A DNA stretch of 64,000 nucleotides, taken from positions 4,142-68,141 of the forward strand of contig JAUNGO010000002.1 of NCBI GenBank assembly GCA_030524475.1, written 5' to 3'. Origin of the DNA: Eggerthellaceae bacterium. GTDB taxonomy: Bacteria > Actinomycetota > Coriobacteriia > Coriobacteriales > Eggerthellaceae. The notes below the pieces were generated by a model. That model made no database searches. It was not told where the DNA came from and saw nothing but the letters and a program-made list of their open reading frames with translations. Positions 9,805 to 19,056 of this stretch are shown in pieces (within the stretch, counting starts at the first letter, position 1; every line of letters begins with the position of its first letter). The translations under genes were made by a program, and so were the position numbers.

Positions 9805-10343
9805 GCGGCGAGCGCCTCGAGGCCGCCGCGCGAGAACGCGGCGATGCAGGCGCGCGTCTTCTCCCACAGCTCGCCGTCTTTCCACCCCAAAGCTTGGTTC
9901 ACCGCCAAGCTACCGTTCACCATGAACGTGAACAGGCATATCGCCTCGTCGGCGTCGACGCCGCAGCTCTCCATCAGGTGCGGCACCGCCTCGTCGCGGT
10001 TGGCGTCGAGCACGCACGCGGCGATGACCGGCGCCAGGTCGGGCTCGCGGAAAAGGCGCTGCATACGTTCGTCGGAGGGGAGGCGCTGGCACGGCGGCAG
10101 GTCGGCCGCGCCCGCCACAGCGGGGTCGGCGGCAAGCGCCTCGTCCACAAGCTCGCGCAGCAGGGCGAATTTGTCCTCGTAGTGCAGGTAGAACGTGCTG
10201 CGGTTCACGTCGGCGCGCGAGCACACGTCGGTCACGTTGACGGCGGCGAACGACCCTTTCTCGTCGATCAACTCGAACAGCGCCTCCTTGATGACGCGCT
10301 TCGTGTACGCCGTGCGCCTGTCCTCGCGATGCCTTCTTTCCAT
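9795..10343 (-). CDS. TetR/AcrR family transcriptional regulator
   Basis: EDRRTAYTKRVIKEAL...VTDVCSRADVNRSTFYLHYEDK N-terminal HTH; RBS AAAGGAG. Confidence 0.9.
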   Translation of the reverse strand: MERRHREDRRTAYTKRVIKEALFELIDEKGSFAAVNVTDVCSRADVNRSTFYLHYEDKFALLRELVDEALAADPAVAGAADLPPCQRLPSDERMQRLFREPDLAPVIAACVLDANRDEAVPHLMESCGVDADEAICLFTFMVNGSLAVNQALGWKDGELWEKTRACIAAFSRGGLEALAARK

Positions 10344-10563
10344 GAAGCCGACTCCTTTCGATGCGGCGCGGGGCGGGTGAACGCGGGAGACATAGTCGTG
10401 TTCGCCCCCGCTCACCCCGCCCTCTGCGTCCATCCGCGCATCCGTTGCGCAACACAATCCGCGTTTCGTCGATCATCCGACAAGCCACGCTGCCTGACGG
10501 TTGCAATCCCCCTATCTCCATTCTACGATAATCGACAAGTGTTGAAAATAAAATACTTGTTGT

Positions 10564-10667
10564 GTGACAAGGGGATGTGACACGGGGACAGGTCGTTTGT
10601 CATATTGGCAAAACGCAAGGGAACAAACGATCACCGCAATATGACAAACGACCTGTCCCCTTGTCGC
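10564..10667. repeat. REP family A inverted doublet (REPIN-like) plus a partial copy
   Basis: Partial copy at 10564-10575, forward copy at 10578-10602, inverted copy at 10642-10666. Pairing extends inward (GTCATATTG/CAATATGAC). Confidence 0.85.
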
Positions 10668-10775
10668 GGTTGGACATCGCTCAAAACAACTTGAGTCGCT
10701 TAATAATTCGCCGACTACTTCAAGTACCACAGCGAAATTTTTAGAATGAAGCCGTCGAGAAGGAGGGCAGCTTTC

Positions 10776-11840
10776 ATGCAAACCAAGCAAATCGGCTTTC
10801 TGGAATTCGTCGAGCAGGGAAACGCGCACTTCGTTATTCCCGCCTACCAGCGCAAATACTCGTGGAGCGAAAGCCAGTGCGAGGAGCTGTGGCTCGACAT
10901 CATGCGCGCCGCACGCGACGACCGCGACCACTTCATGGGCGTACTCGTGTGCGCGAAGGGCGGGGAAAACGGCGACAGCACGCACAACGCCGCAAGCGCA
11001 AGCGACCGCGACATCCGCATCGAGATCATCGACGGGCAGCAGCGCCTGACCACGCTCACGCTCATGCTCGTCGCACTGACGCGGCGCCTCAAACACAGCG
11101 GAGAGCCCGTCGACGCGCTGCCGCGCCTTCCGCACCTCACGCTTTCCCCCGACGACGACGATACCCTGCAAGCCGTCCTCACGGATGCGCCCCTCCCCGC
11201 GCACGCGTCCGAAAACATCGTGCGCAACCTGGGCTTCTTCAGCGAGAAAATGACTGCGGAAAACTTCGACGCCCCGGCGTTTCGGCGCAGTCTCGCGCGG
11301 CTGTTCGTCATCGAGGTCGAGGTCGCGAGCACTCGACAGGCGCAAACCATCTTCGAGGGGCTGAACTCGAAGGGCGTGCCCCTCACCGTGGCCGACATGG
11401 TGCGCAACTACCTGCTTTTGGAGGAAAGCCGCGCCGAGCAAACGCGGCTCTACGACGAGTATTGGCACGTCATCGAGCAGCTGTTCGCGCCCGACCCCGG
11501 CTCACTGCGGCTGAACAGCGCCATCAAGGGTTGGCTGACCGTGCGCCTCAAGGGCGCGCGCGTGCTCGGGGCGGGGCGCGCGTACAGTTCGTTCAAGCGC
11601 TACTACGAGGACAACTTCGCAGCCACCAAGGAAAGTCTGCTCGTCGAGCTGCGTGGGTTTTGCCTGATGTGGGCGGAAAGCTACCGCTTCCACGCCGTTA
11701 AGAAGTTCAAGTCGTCGTGCGACTGGGCGGTCAACGGCGCCGCCACGCTCACCGCGAACTACCCGTTGCGCCCGCCCGACCATCCCGAGGCGGCGGCGCG
11801 CTGGAAGAAGCAAATGGAAGAAGCCAACGAGAACTGGTAG
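10776..11840 (+). CDS. DUF262 (GmrS/ParB-like) domain protein, no HNH domain
   Basis: IPAYQRKYSW, IIDGQQRLTT and IFEGLNSKG motifs; RBS AGGAGG. Confidence 0.85.
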   Translation: MQTKQIGFLEFVEQGNAHFVIPAYQRKYSWSESQCEELWLDIMRAARDDRDHFMGVLVCAKGGENGDSTHNAASASDRDIRIEIIDGQQRLTTLTLMLVALTRRLKHSGEPVDALPRLPHLTLSPDDDDTLQAVLTDAPLPAHASENIVRNLGFFSEKMTAENFDAPAFRRSLARLFVIEVEVASTRQAQTIFEGLNSKGVPLTVADMVRNYLLLEESRAEQTRLYDEYWHVIEQLFAPDPGSLRLNSAIKGWLTVRLKGARVLGAGRAYSSFKRYYEDNFAATKESLLVELRGFCLMWAESYRFHAVKKFKSSCDWAVNGAATLTANYPLRPPDHPEAAARWKKQMEEANENW

Positions 11841-11930
11841 GGCAGCGATTGACCGACGCGGTTGCCCGCAGAGCCGCAGACGCGGCGCGAACGGCGCAAC
11901 CGCAGGTCGATGCGGCATAAGGAGCACACG

Positions 11931-13040
11931 ATGAAAACCGAGCAAACGCATATTCTCGACGTGATGGCGAAGGAAAACGCGCAGTTCGCGATCCCCGTTT
12001 ACCAGCGCGTGTACGCATGGACGCGCCGCCAATGCGAGGCGCTTCTGAACGACGCGATGCGCGCAGGAGAGGCCGACCAGACACACTTTGTGGGGGCGGT
12101 TTTGTACCTGCCCGAGGACGCGCCTGACGAGGCGCGCACGTTTTCCCTGATCGACGGGCAGCAGCGCACCGCCACGCTTTCGCTTCTGCTAGTCGCCCTG
12201 CGCAACCGCCTTGCGCAGACGGAGGCGGCGGCGGGCGGCGCGGGCAGCCTCGCCGAGGTTGCCGCGACCGTCGATGCCGCCGACGCAATCCTAACTGCCG
12301 ACGACATCGACCGCGCCTATCTGTTCGTCGAGCGCGACGGCGTGCGCGAGCCGAAGCTCATACTCTCGCGCGCCGATCGGGCCACGTACCGCGCCATCCT
12401 CGAGGGCGCGCCGCTTCCCGAGGGCGACGACCTCTCCCGCTTCCTCGCCGAGAACGTGAACTACTTCGCCGAGCGCCTTGCCGAGCCCGACTTCAACGTG
12501 AACGCACTCGTGCGCGGCCTGCACAACCTGGAGGCCATAGCCGTCGAGCTCGAGCCCGGCGACAAACCGCAGCTCGTGTTCGAGACGCTGAACGCGCGCG
12601 GCATGTCGCTTTCGACTGCCGACCTTCTGCGCAACCTGCTGCTTGAGCGCCATGGGCGCGGCGAGCAGCAGCGCCTGTTCGAGCAGTATTGGAGCCCCGT
12701 GGAGAAGGCGTTTCCCCACGACGAGGACAACCTTTACCAAGACGCCGCCCTGCGCGGGTGGCTGTGCGAACACGCGCCAAAGTTCGATGTGCAAACGCGC
12801 GGCGAGCTCTACGGCACGTACAAGCAGTACATCCTCGCACGCGCGAGCGAGGCGGGCGGCGAAAACACCGCGAGCGCAAACGACGACATCGCCTCGATGG
12901 AGGAGCTGCTCGCCTCGATCAGCTCCTACGTAACGTGGTTTGCCGCAAACCTCGACAAACCGCAGGTCAAGCGTCATATCGACTGGGTAATGGGCAAACT
13001 TGAGGGGCTCGTGTCGGAGCGCAAGCTCTTCGGCGACTAA
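11931..13040 (+). CDS. Second DUF262 (GmrS/ParB-like) domain protein, no HNH domain
   Basis: IPVYQRVYAW, LIDGQQRTAT and VFETLNARG motifs; RBS AAGGAG. Confidence 0.85.
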   Translation: MKTEQTHILDVMAKENAQFAIPVYQRVYAWTRRQCEALLNDAMRAGEADQTHFVGAVLYLPEDAPDEARTFSLIDGQQRTATLSLLLVALRNRLAQTEAAAGGAGSLAEVAATVDAADAILTADDIDRAYLFVERDGVREPKLILSRADRATYRAILEGAPLPEGDDLSRFLAENVNYFAERLAEPDFNVNALVRGLHNLEAIAVELEPGDKPQLVFETLNARGMSLSTADLLRNLLLERHGRGEQQRLFEQYWSPVEKAFPHDEDNLYQDAALRGWLCEHAPKFDVQTRGELYGTYKQYILARASEAGGENTASANDDIASMEELLASISSYVTWFAANLDKPQVKRHIDWVMGKLEGLVSERKLFGD

Positions 13041-13075
13041 AGCACCCAGGCGGCGAACGCGGATGCGGGTGCGTG

Positions 13076-13100
13076 TGACAAATGACCTGTCCCCTTGTCA
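13076..13100 (-). repeat. REP family A copy
   Basis: TGACAAATGACCTGTCCCCTTGTCA. Confidence 0.85.
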
Positions 13101-13124
13101 TGCTACCCGCCCCCATCACACGCT

Positions 13125-13160
13125 AAAAGGCCCGGCAGCCGTTTTGGCTGTCGGGCCTCG
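13125..13160. terminator. Probable terminator between convergent genes
   Basis: aaaaggcccggcagcc-gtttt-ggctgtcgggcct hairpin with an A-run. Confidence 0.65.
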
Positions 13161-13232
13161 TTGGTTTGACGCGAGTCGACTCAGGCGAAGGCGGGTTGGC
13201 GCAAAACCACCAACCCGCCGACCGCCCCGTCG

Positions 13233-16200
13233 TTAGTGACGCTCGTTTTCGCCTTCGAAGTCGTCGTCCTCGTCGTTGCCGATCTTGCTGGCGGCGATCT
13301 TCTGCTCGTCGTTGAAGCGGTCGGCAGCGGCCTTCTCGGCCTCGGTCGCCTCGTAGTGCACGGTGGGCTTGTTGATAACCACCTGCGGGAACGGGATGCT
13401 GACGTCGTACTTGTCGAACAACAGCTTCATCTCGCGGTTCAGGTCGCGCTCAAGCTGCATGCGGTCGTTCTCGGTGCACTGCACCACGATGCGGATGTTC
13501 ACGCTGTTGTCGCCCAGCGAAACCACGCCCTTGTAGAACGGGCCGTCCAGGATGGCGGGAAGACGCTTGCGAATGTTCGGCAGCTCCTTCTCCAGGATGT
13601 TCTCCACGCGCTCAAGCGACTCGCCGTACTCGATGCCGACGTCGCAGGAGGCGTAGGACGTGCGCTTGGTCATGTTGATCACGTTGCTGACCTCGCTGTT
13701 GCGGACCACCTTGATGTTCTGCGAGCCGTCCTGCACCTTGGTGGTGCGCACGCCGATGTCGAGCACCGTGCCGCGCCAACCGTTGAGGGTGATGATGTCG
13801 CCCACGCGGAACTCGCCCTCGAAGATGATGAACAGGCCGCTCAAGATGTCCGCGACCAGGTCTTTCGCGCCCAGCGAGATGGCGATGGACAAGATGCCGG
13901 CGCTGGCCAAAAGCGTGGTGGTGTCGACGCCCAGAAGCGCCAGGCAGTAGTAAATCACGCCGATGATCGAGCCGTACTTGATGAAGCTGCCCAACAGGCG
14001 GCACACCGTCTCGCCGCGCGCGTCGAGCACGCTCGACAGCAGGTTCAGCAGCTGCTGGATAACGACGGCAACGGTCAAAATGACGCAGGCCGACATAAGC
14101 GCCGCCGTAATGGCGAAGATGTTGAGGCCGCGCTCCCAGCCGCCGCCGAGGATGTAGGAGAAGATGGAGCCGTTGTCGAAGATGCGGTCTTGGAACAGCA
14201 CAGCGAGGCAGACGATCACAACCGACACGGCCGCCAGGGCGCCGACGATGGTGACCGTCTTCTGCTCCGCCGACTTCTCGCTCCACTTGAGCGACTTGTT
14301 GAGCCAACGGCTGGCCGCCGACTCGGTTTTCGCGCGGCGCCCACTCGGCATCTCCACGTCGATCATGCGCTCGACGCCCGCGCCCGCAGCAGCGGCGTCG
14401 CCGGCAACGCCCGCCGCGCCCACGGCAGCACCCGCCGCAGCCACCGCGCCGCCGCGCTTGCGCTCAAACGACAGCATCAGGAAGATCACCACGAAGCACG
14501 CCAGCGCCACCGCGCCCACGGTCAGCGTCAGCGGCCCGCGCTCCGCCATCAGCTCGCCCTCGGAGCCGGCAGCGTACACGTAGTAGTCGTTGGTCTCGCC
14601 CGAAGACGCGTAGTATTGGTTACCGCCCACGGTCAGGTAATCGCAGAAGCCGTCCTTCAGCTGCCCCTCGGTCATACCTAAGTCGAGCACGTTTTTGCCC
14701 ACCAGGTTCTCGTCGGGGTAGTACGCCAGCGTGTTGTCGGCCTTGTTCACGGCGAAGGCGAACCCGTCGGTGCCCACCTTCACGCCGTCGAGCACCTTAT
14801 CGATCTGCACGCTCTCAAGCACCTTCTGCAGACGCTCGGGGCGAATGCCGATCTGCAAAAAGCCGTCGTTCAAGCCGTCGGCGTCGTGCAGCGCCACGCC
14901 GATGTACTGGCGCAGCTCGCCGGTGACCTCGTCGTTCATCGGGTCTTGCACAACCTCGGACACGCCCTGCAAAAGCTTGCGGAAGTCGTAGCTTTGGCTT
15001 GAGGGGTCGTCGCTCAGGCTGAAGTTGACGAACGTCGAGTTGCTGGCGACCAGATTGCCCTGCGCGTCGAACGTGAACACGTACTGGATTTGCAGCACGT
15101 CGGCCAGCTCCTGCAGCTTGGCGCGGTCGGAGGCCAGGCTCGGGTTCTGGTCGATGATGTAGGCGCCCGTGCGCGCCTTGCTCAGGTAGCGCTCGCTGTA
15201 CTGGTCGGTGAGCGCCGCGGCGCGGTCCTCGGCGGCGCGCATGGTTTGCTCGATGCTGCTGACGCGCTCGTTGTTCGTGACCGACTCCGACGAAAGCGCG
15301 AACAGCGTTTGCATATAGAACGTAACGCCCACCACGGCGATCAGCCCCACCAGCGAGAGCACGGCGGCTTTGCGCCCGATGCGGCGGTTGAACGTGATGC
15401 CGCTCGTGGCGGCGTTCGCCTGGGCGTTGGCGTCGTGGGCGATCGCCGCCGCCACGCCGGTGGCGTCGATGTTGGCGTCGGGCCCGGCCGCGGCCTCGGC
15501 GGCCGCCAGCGCGGCTTCCACGTCCTCGCTCTCGGCAACCTCTTCCCCGCGGCGGCGGCGCTCCTCCTCATGCAGGACGAACACGCCGTACAAAATGATG
15601 GCAACCATCACGGCGAAGAACACGAACAAGGTCACGCCCGCGGTGATGTTGCGCGACGCGGCCATGTCGCTTTCAGGCACGGTGAGCAGGTAGTACGTGT
15701 CGTCGACGAGCGCGACGTGGCAGTACAGGCGCTCCCCGTCGAAGTCGATCCAAGAGCTCGTGCCGTCCTCGAGACTTTCGACCGGCAATCCGCGGTCGAT
15801 GGCGTCGGCGCCCACCAGCATACCGTCGGGATGGTACGTGACCAAATAGTCGCGCGCGGAGACGGCGAACACGTAGCCGTGCTGCCCCACGCTGATGTTC
15901 TTGAGCACGGCCGCCACCGAGCCCGTGTCCTCGATCAGCTCGTCAAGCTCGGTCGGGTCCTGCTCGACGACCACCATCGTGTCGTCGTCGATGGCCGCCG
16001 CATAGTAGCGCATGTCCCAATTCTGTTCGGGCAGCTCGACGTCGACGGCGGGCGAAGGCTCGCCGGTGCTGAACGTGGTGCGCAGCTGGTTGAAGCGCGC
16101 GTGCGAGAAGTCGGCGTGCGTCTCGGCCGCCTGCGCCACCACGTCGCCCGCGCGATTCACCACCAGCACGTTGCTCACGCCCAGAAGCTCGCGGTACTCG

Positions 16201-16490
16201 GCCATCTTGGCGTTGGTAGCCTCGAAGCCCGCGTTGTTGTTCGCCATGAAGGCCACGCTTGCGGCCTTCGACTGGTAAATGGCGTCGAACGTCTCGGTGT
16301 TCTGCTCGGTTTCGTCGGCAGCCTCCTGCAGCAGCGTGGGCAGCTCGGCGGCCTCCTGGTCCATCTCCTGTTGATAGCCCTCGACCAGCATGTCCGTTTG
16401 CATACCGGTCAAAAGCGCCCCCATCGCCACCAGGCCAATGGCCGCAACGGCGATGAGCGCGGCGATCTTGATCTTCAGTCGGTTCGTCAT
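13233..16490 (-). CDS. MscS-family channel with two N-terminal extracellular Cache-like modules
   Basis: C-terminal MscS core: LASAGILSIAISLGAKDLVADILSGLFIIFEGEFRVGD, IGVRTTKV, IPFPQ. Duplicated segments VGQHGYVFAV...YHPD and VGTDGFAFAV...YYPD, each lying between TM helices. Confidence 0.85.
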   Translation of the reverse strand: MTNRLKIKIAALIAVAAIGLVAMGALLTGMQTDMLVEGYQQEMDQEAAELPTLLQEAADETEQNTETFDAIYQSKAASVAFMANNNAGFEATNAKMAEYRELLGVSNVLVVNRAGDVVAQAAETHADFSHARFNQLRTTFSTGEPSPAVDVELPEQNWDMRYYAAAIDDDTMVVVEQDPTELDELIEDTGSVAAVLKNISVGQHGYVFAVSARDYLVTYHPDGMLVGADAIDRGLPVESLEDGTSSWIDFDGERLYCHVALVDDTYYLLTVPESDMAASRNITAGVTLFVFFAVMVAIILYGVFVLHEEERRRRGEEVAESEDVEAALAAAEAAAGPDANIDATGVAAAIAHDANAQANAATSGITFNRRIGRKAAVLSLVGLIAVVGVTFYMQTLFALSSESVTNNERVSSIEQTMRAAEDRAAALTDQYSERYLSKARTGAYIIDQNPSLASDRAKLQELADVLQIQYVFTFDAQGNLVASNSTFVNFSLSDDPSSQSYDFRKLLQGVSEVVQDPMNDEVTGELRQYIGVALHDADGLNDGFLQIGIRPERLQKVLESVQIDKVLDGVKVGTDGFAFAVNKADNTLAYYPDENLVGKNVLDLGMTEGQLKDGFCDYLTVGGNQYYASSGETNDYYVYAAGSEGELMAERGPLTLTVGAVALACFVVIFLMLSFERKRGGAVAAAGAAVGAAGVAGDAAAAGAGVERMIDVEMPSGRRAKTESAASRWLNKSLKWSEKSAEQKTVTIVGALAAVSVVIVCLAVLFQDRIFDNGSIFSYILGGGWERGLNIFAITAALMSACVILTVAVVIQQLLNLLSSVLDARGETVCRLLGSFIKYGSIIGVIYYCLALLGVDTTTLLASAGILSIAISLGAKDLVADILSGLFIIFEGEFRVGDIITLNGWRGTVLDIGVRTTKVQDGSQNIKVVRNSEVSNVINMTKRTSYASCDVGIEYGESLERVENILEKELPNIRKRLPAILDGPFYKGVVSLGDNSVNIRIVVQCTENDRMQLERDLNREMKLLFDKYDVSIPFPQVVINKPTVHYEATEAEKAAADRFNDEQKIAASKIGNDEDDDFEGENERH

Positions 16491-16505
16491 GTCAGGCCCT
16501 GCTTC

Positions 16506-17342
16506 CTAGTCCCACTTGTCGATCAAACCGGCAATGGTGCCGTCGTCGAGCATGCCCTGAATCGTTTGCGCCACCTGCGCGCTCAGCGCGGAGTCCTTCT
16601 GGGTGGCCACGCCGTACTCCTGCTCGGCAATGGTGAAGTCGAGCAGGTGGCGGTCGTCTTGCATATAGGTTTGCGCGATGGAGCCGTCCATGCAGGCGGC
16701 GTCGACCGTGCCCTCCTCAAGCGCGTCGGAGAGCTCCTGGTAGCTGGAGATCTGCTGCAGCGTGAAGTTGTCGAAGGTGGTGACGACAGCCCCGTCGACC
16801 TCTTGCTTGTCGAGCGCGTCGCCCGAGGTGAAGCCCTCGTCCATGAGCTTGAGCACCAAAAGGGGCGAGGTGTTCGAGCCGGACATCGTGCCGAAGGTGA
16901 GCCCCTTCATGTCGTCGAGGTCCTGGACAAGCGAGCTGTCCGCCACCATGACCACGGCCGCATCAGCGTAGTAGGTCGGTGAGAAGTCGAAGTTCTCCTG
17001 GCGGGAGTCGCTGATCGAGTAGCACGCCACCAGGCAGTCGACCTGTCCGTCGAGCAGCATCTGCTTGCGCGAGTCGGGCGTCACGGTGACGAACTCGACG
17101 TTGCCGTAGCCCATGCGCGCGGCCATTTCCTCGGCGATGTCGACCTCAAGCCCGTAGTAGTTGCCGGTTTCCTCGTTCAGGTAGCTGAACCCGACGATGT
17201 CGGAGCGCACGCCGACGCGCAGCGTCTTGCCGCCGCTTGCCGCGCCGTCGCCGCCGCAGCCCGCGAGGCACAGCAGCGCGGTCAGCATCAGGGCCGCCGC
17301 AGCCACCGCAACCGCCGTGAGGCGGCTTGTCCTTCTTGCCAT
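16506..17342 (-). CDS. Polar amino-acid substrate-binding lipoprotein (SBP family 3)
   Basis: Lipobox LAGC; LRVGV, GLEVDIA, YSISDSRQENFDFS, EYGVA and DGTIAGLIDKW. Ends 15 bp before the MscS gene. Confidence 0.9.
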   Translation of the reverse strand: MARRTSRLTAVAVAAAALMLTALLCLAGCGGDGAASGGKTLRVGVRSDIVGFSYLNEETGNYYGLEVDIAEEMAARMGYGNVEFVTVTPDSRKQMLLDGQVDCLVACYSISDSRQENFDFSPTYYADAAVVMVADSSLVQDLDDMKGLTFGTMSGSNTSPLLVLKLMDEGFTSGDALDKQEVDGAVVTTFDNFTLQQISSYQELSDALEEGTVDAACMDGSIAQTYMQDDRHLLDFTIAEQEYGVATQKDSALSAQVAQTIQGMLDDGTIAGLIDKWD

Positions 17343-17581
17343 GTGTTTCCTTCCTTGTTCCCCTGCGCGACGCTCGTTGAGGCACGCGTCGCCTTTGCCC
17401 GTGCGAATCGAGAAGCCCTCGGCGAAACCCATTGAGCCTCCCGTAATTCCCTCGAATAACGCAAACTCTTATTTTTGCAGACAGTCGGCAGAAAGTGGAG
17501 AGCAAAGGGGCGGAAAAGATTTGGTTCAACATTCAGTTGAGTGTTGTTGTTGTTCCGCTTGCCCTGACGGGACAAGCGCAA

Positions 17582-17606
17582 TGACGAAGGGACAGGTCGT
17601 TTGTCA
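17582..17606 (+). repeat. REP family A copy
   Basis: TGACGAAGGGACAGGTCGTTTGTCA. Confidence 0.8.
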
Positions 17607-17651
17607 TATTTCGCGTCCGCCACGGCTGCGGGGCGCGCTGGCGTTCCGCCG

Positions 17652-18857
17652 CTACTTCTCCGCCTTGCTCGACTCCTTCTCAGCCAGACGATACGTGATC
17701 GACGCCACCAGCGGCATGACGAGCATGGTGAGCGCGCCGGCCGACACGAACACCGACGCCGTCGCGGCGCTGAGCGCGCCAGCCTCCACGGCAACCGAGG
17801 TCACAGCCACGATAATCGGCAGCGCGGTGGTGCAGTAGATGGCCGTGGTGGCGTGGCTCCAGCGCCCCATGGCCTCCACCTCGGGGTTTTTGTCGAGCGC
17901 CATGGACACGAAGATGGGCACGCAGCGCACCGCCAGCAGCATCACGATGAACTCCACGAGCAAAAGCGGCTGGTCGAGCACGGCCGTGAGGTCGATCTTC
18001 GCGCCCGACACCACGAAAAACAGCGGGATGAAGAAGCCGTACCCGATGGCGTTGAGCTTTTTCTCCAGCGACTCGTCGTCTTTCGGGATGATGTAGCGCA
18101 GCGCGAAGCCGGCGGCGAACGCGCCGAGCACGATGTCGAGCTGCGCCAGCGCCGAAGCGGCCACCAACACGATGAGCAGCAGCAACGCCAGGCGCACGAA
18201 GGTTTGCGACGTGGTGTCGCGCCCAGCGAACAGGATGTCGCGAACGGGGCCTTCCCGCCGCGTGGTGCGATGCCCGAACACGCCGAGCAAAACGGCAAGC
18301 AGGGCAAACGCAAGCAAGATGGCAACGGTGAGCCATCGGGCGCGCGTCGAGAGCAGCAGCGCCATGGCCACGATGGGGCCGAGCTCGCCCCACGCGCCGT
18401 ACGCAAGGACGGACTGCCCCAGACGCGTGTCCAGAAGCCCGCGGTCTTTCAGGATGGGCATGAGCGCGCCGATGGCGGTGGTGGTCAGCGCGATGGTGAC
18501 GGCAATTCCGTCGAGGCCGCGCGCGGAGATGCCGGTGAACAGGTGAACCGCCGCAAACGCCAGCCCAAGCGAGACCGCCCAGGTGGCAAGGCCGCGCTTG
18601 CCCTCGCGCCCCGTGATGGTGGAGGGGTTGATTTCGTAGCCGGCCAACAGAAACAGCATGGCGCAGCCAAGGTCGGAAAGCATCAGGATGCTGTCGTCGA
18701 GCCAGATGCGGTTGAGCATCGAGGGTCCCAGCACCGCGCCGCCCAACAGCAAAAGCACCGTTTCGGGGATGGGCTTTTTGGGGATGAGGTTCGCGATGAG
18801 CGGGGCGAGCGCCGCGATGGCGGCGATGATGGCAAGCGATATGAAGTCGTGGGTCAT
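17652..18857 (-). CDS. Cation:proton antiporter (CPA2 family)
   Basis: LFLLAGYEI, TTAIGALMPILKD, LGAFAAG and GFFIPLFFVVSG motifs; about 12 TM helices. Confidence 0.85.
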   Translation of the reverse strand: MTHDFISLAIIAAIAALAPLIANLIPKKPIPETVLLLLGGAVLGPSMLNRIWLDDSILMLSDLGCAMLFLLAGYEINPSTITGREGKRGLATWAVSLGLAFAAVHLFTGISARGLDGIAVTIALTTTAIGALMPILKDRGLLDTRLGQSVLAYGAWGELGPIVAMALLLSTRARWLTVAILLAFALLAVLLGVFGHRTTRREGPVRDILFAGRDTTSQTFVRLALLLLIVLVAASALAQLDIVLGAFAAGFALRYIIPKDDESLEKKLNAIGYGFFIPLFFVVSGAKIDLTAVLDQPLLLVEFIVMLLAVRCVPIFVSMALDKNPEVEAMGRWSHATTAIYCTTALPIIVAVTSVAVEAGALSAATASVFVSAGALTMLVMPLVASITYRLAEKESSKAEK

Positions 18858-19056
18858 GGCGAGTCTTTCGAAGCGAGGTTTGTGAAGGAATGATACCACT
18901 GCGAACCCCGCTCGCAAGAATGCGAACACGGGGACGGAGATGAATCATCCGCACACAAAGCGCAGCGCAAACACGGCGTAACTCAACCGAAGAAGCCTTG
19001 CGCGAGGCATTATAATGAAAGCGATTAGTTGACGCGCAAGGGCGATGGGAGGTGCG

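Noticed and set aside
9543-10580. 345-aa plus-strand ORF
   Set aside because: It runs antisense to tetR and through REP and palindromic DNA, with no protein motifs.
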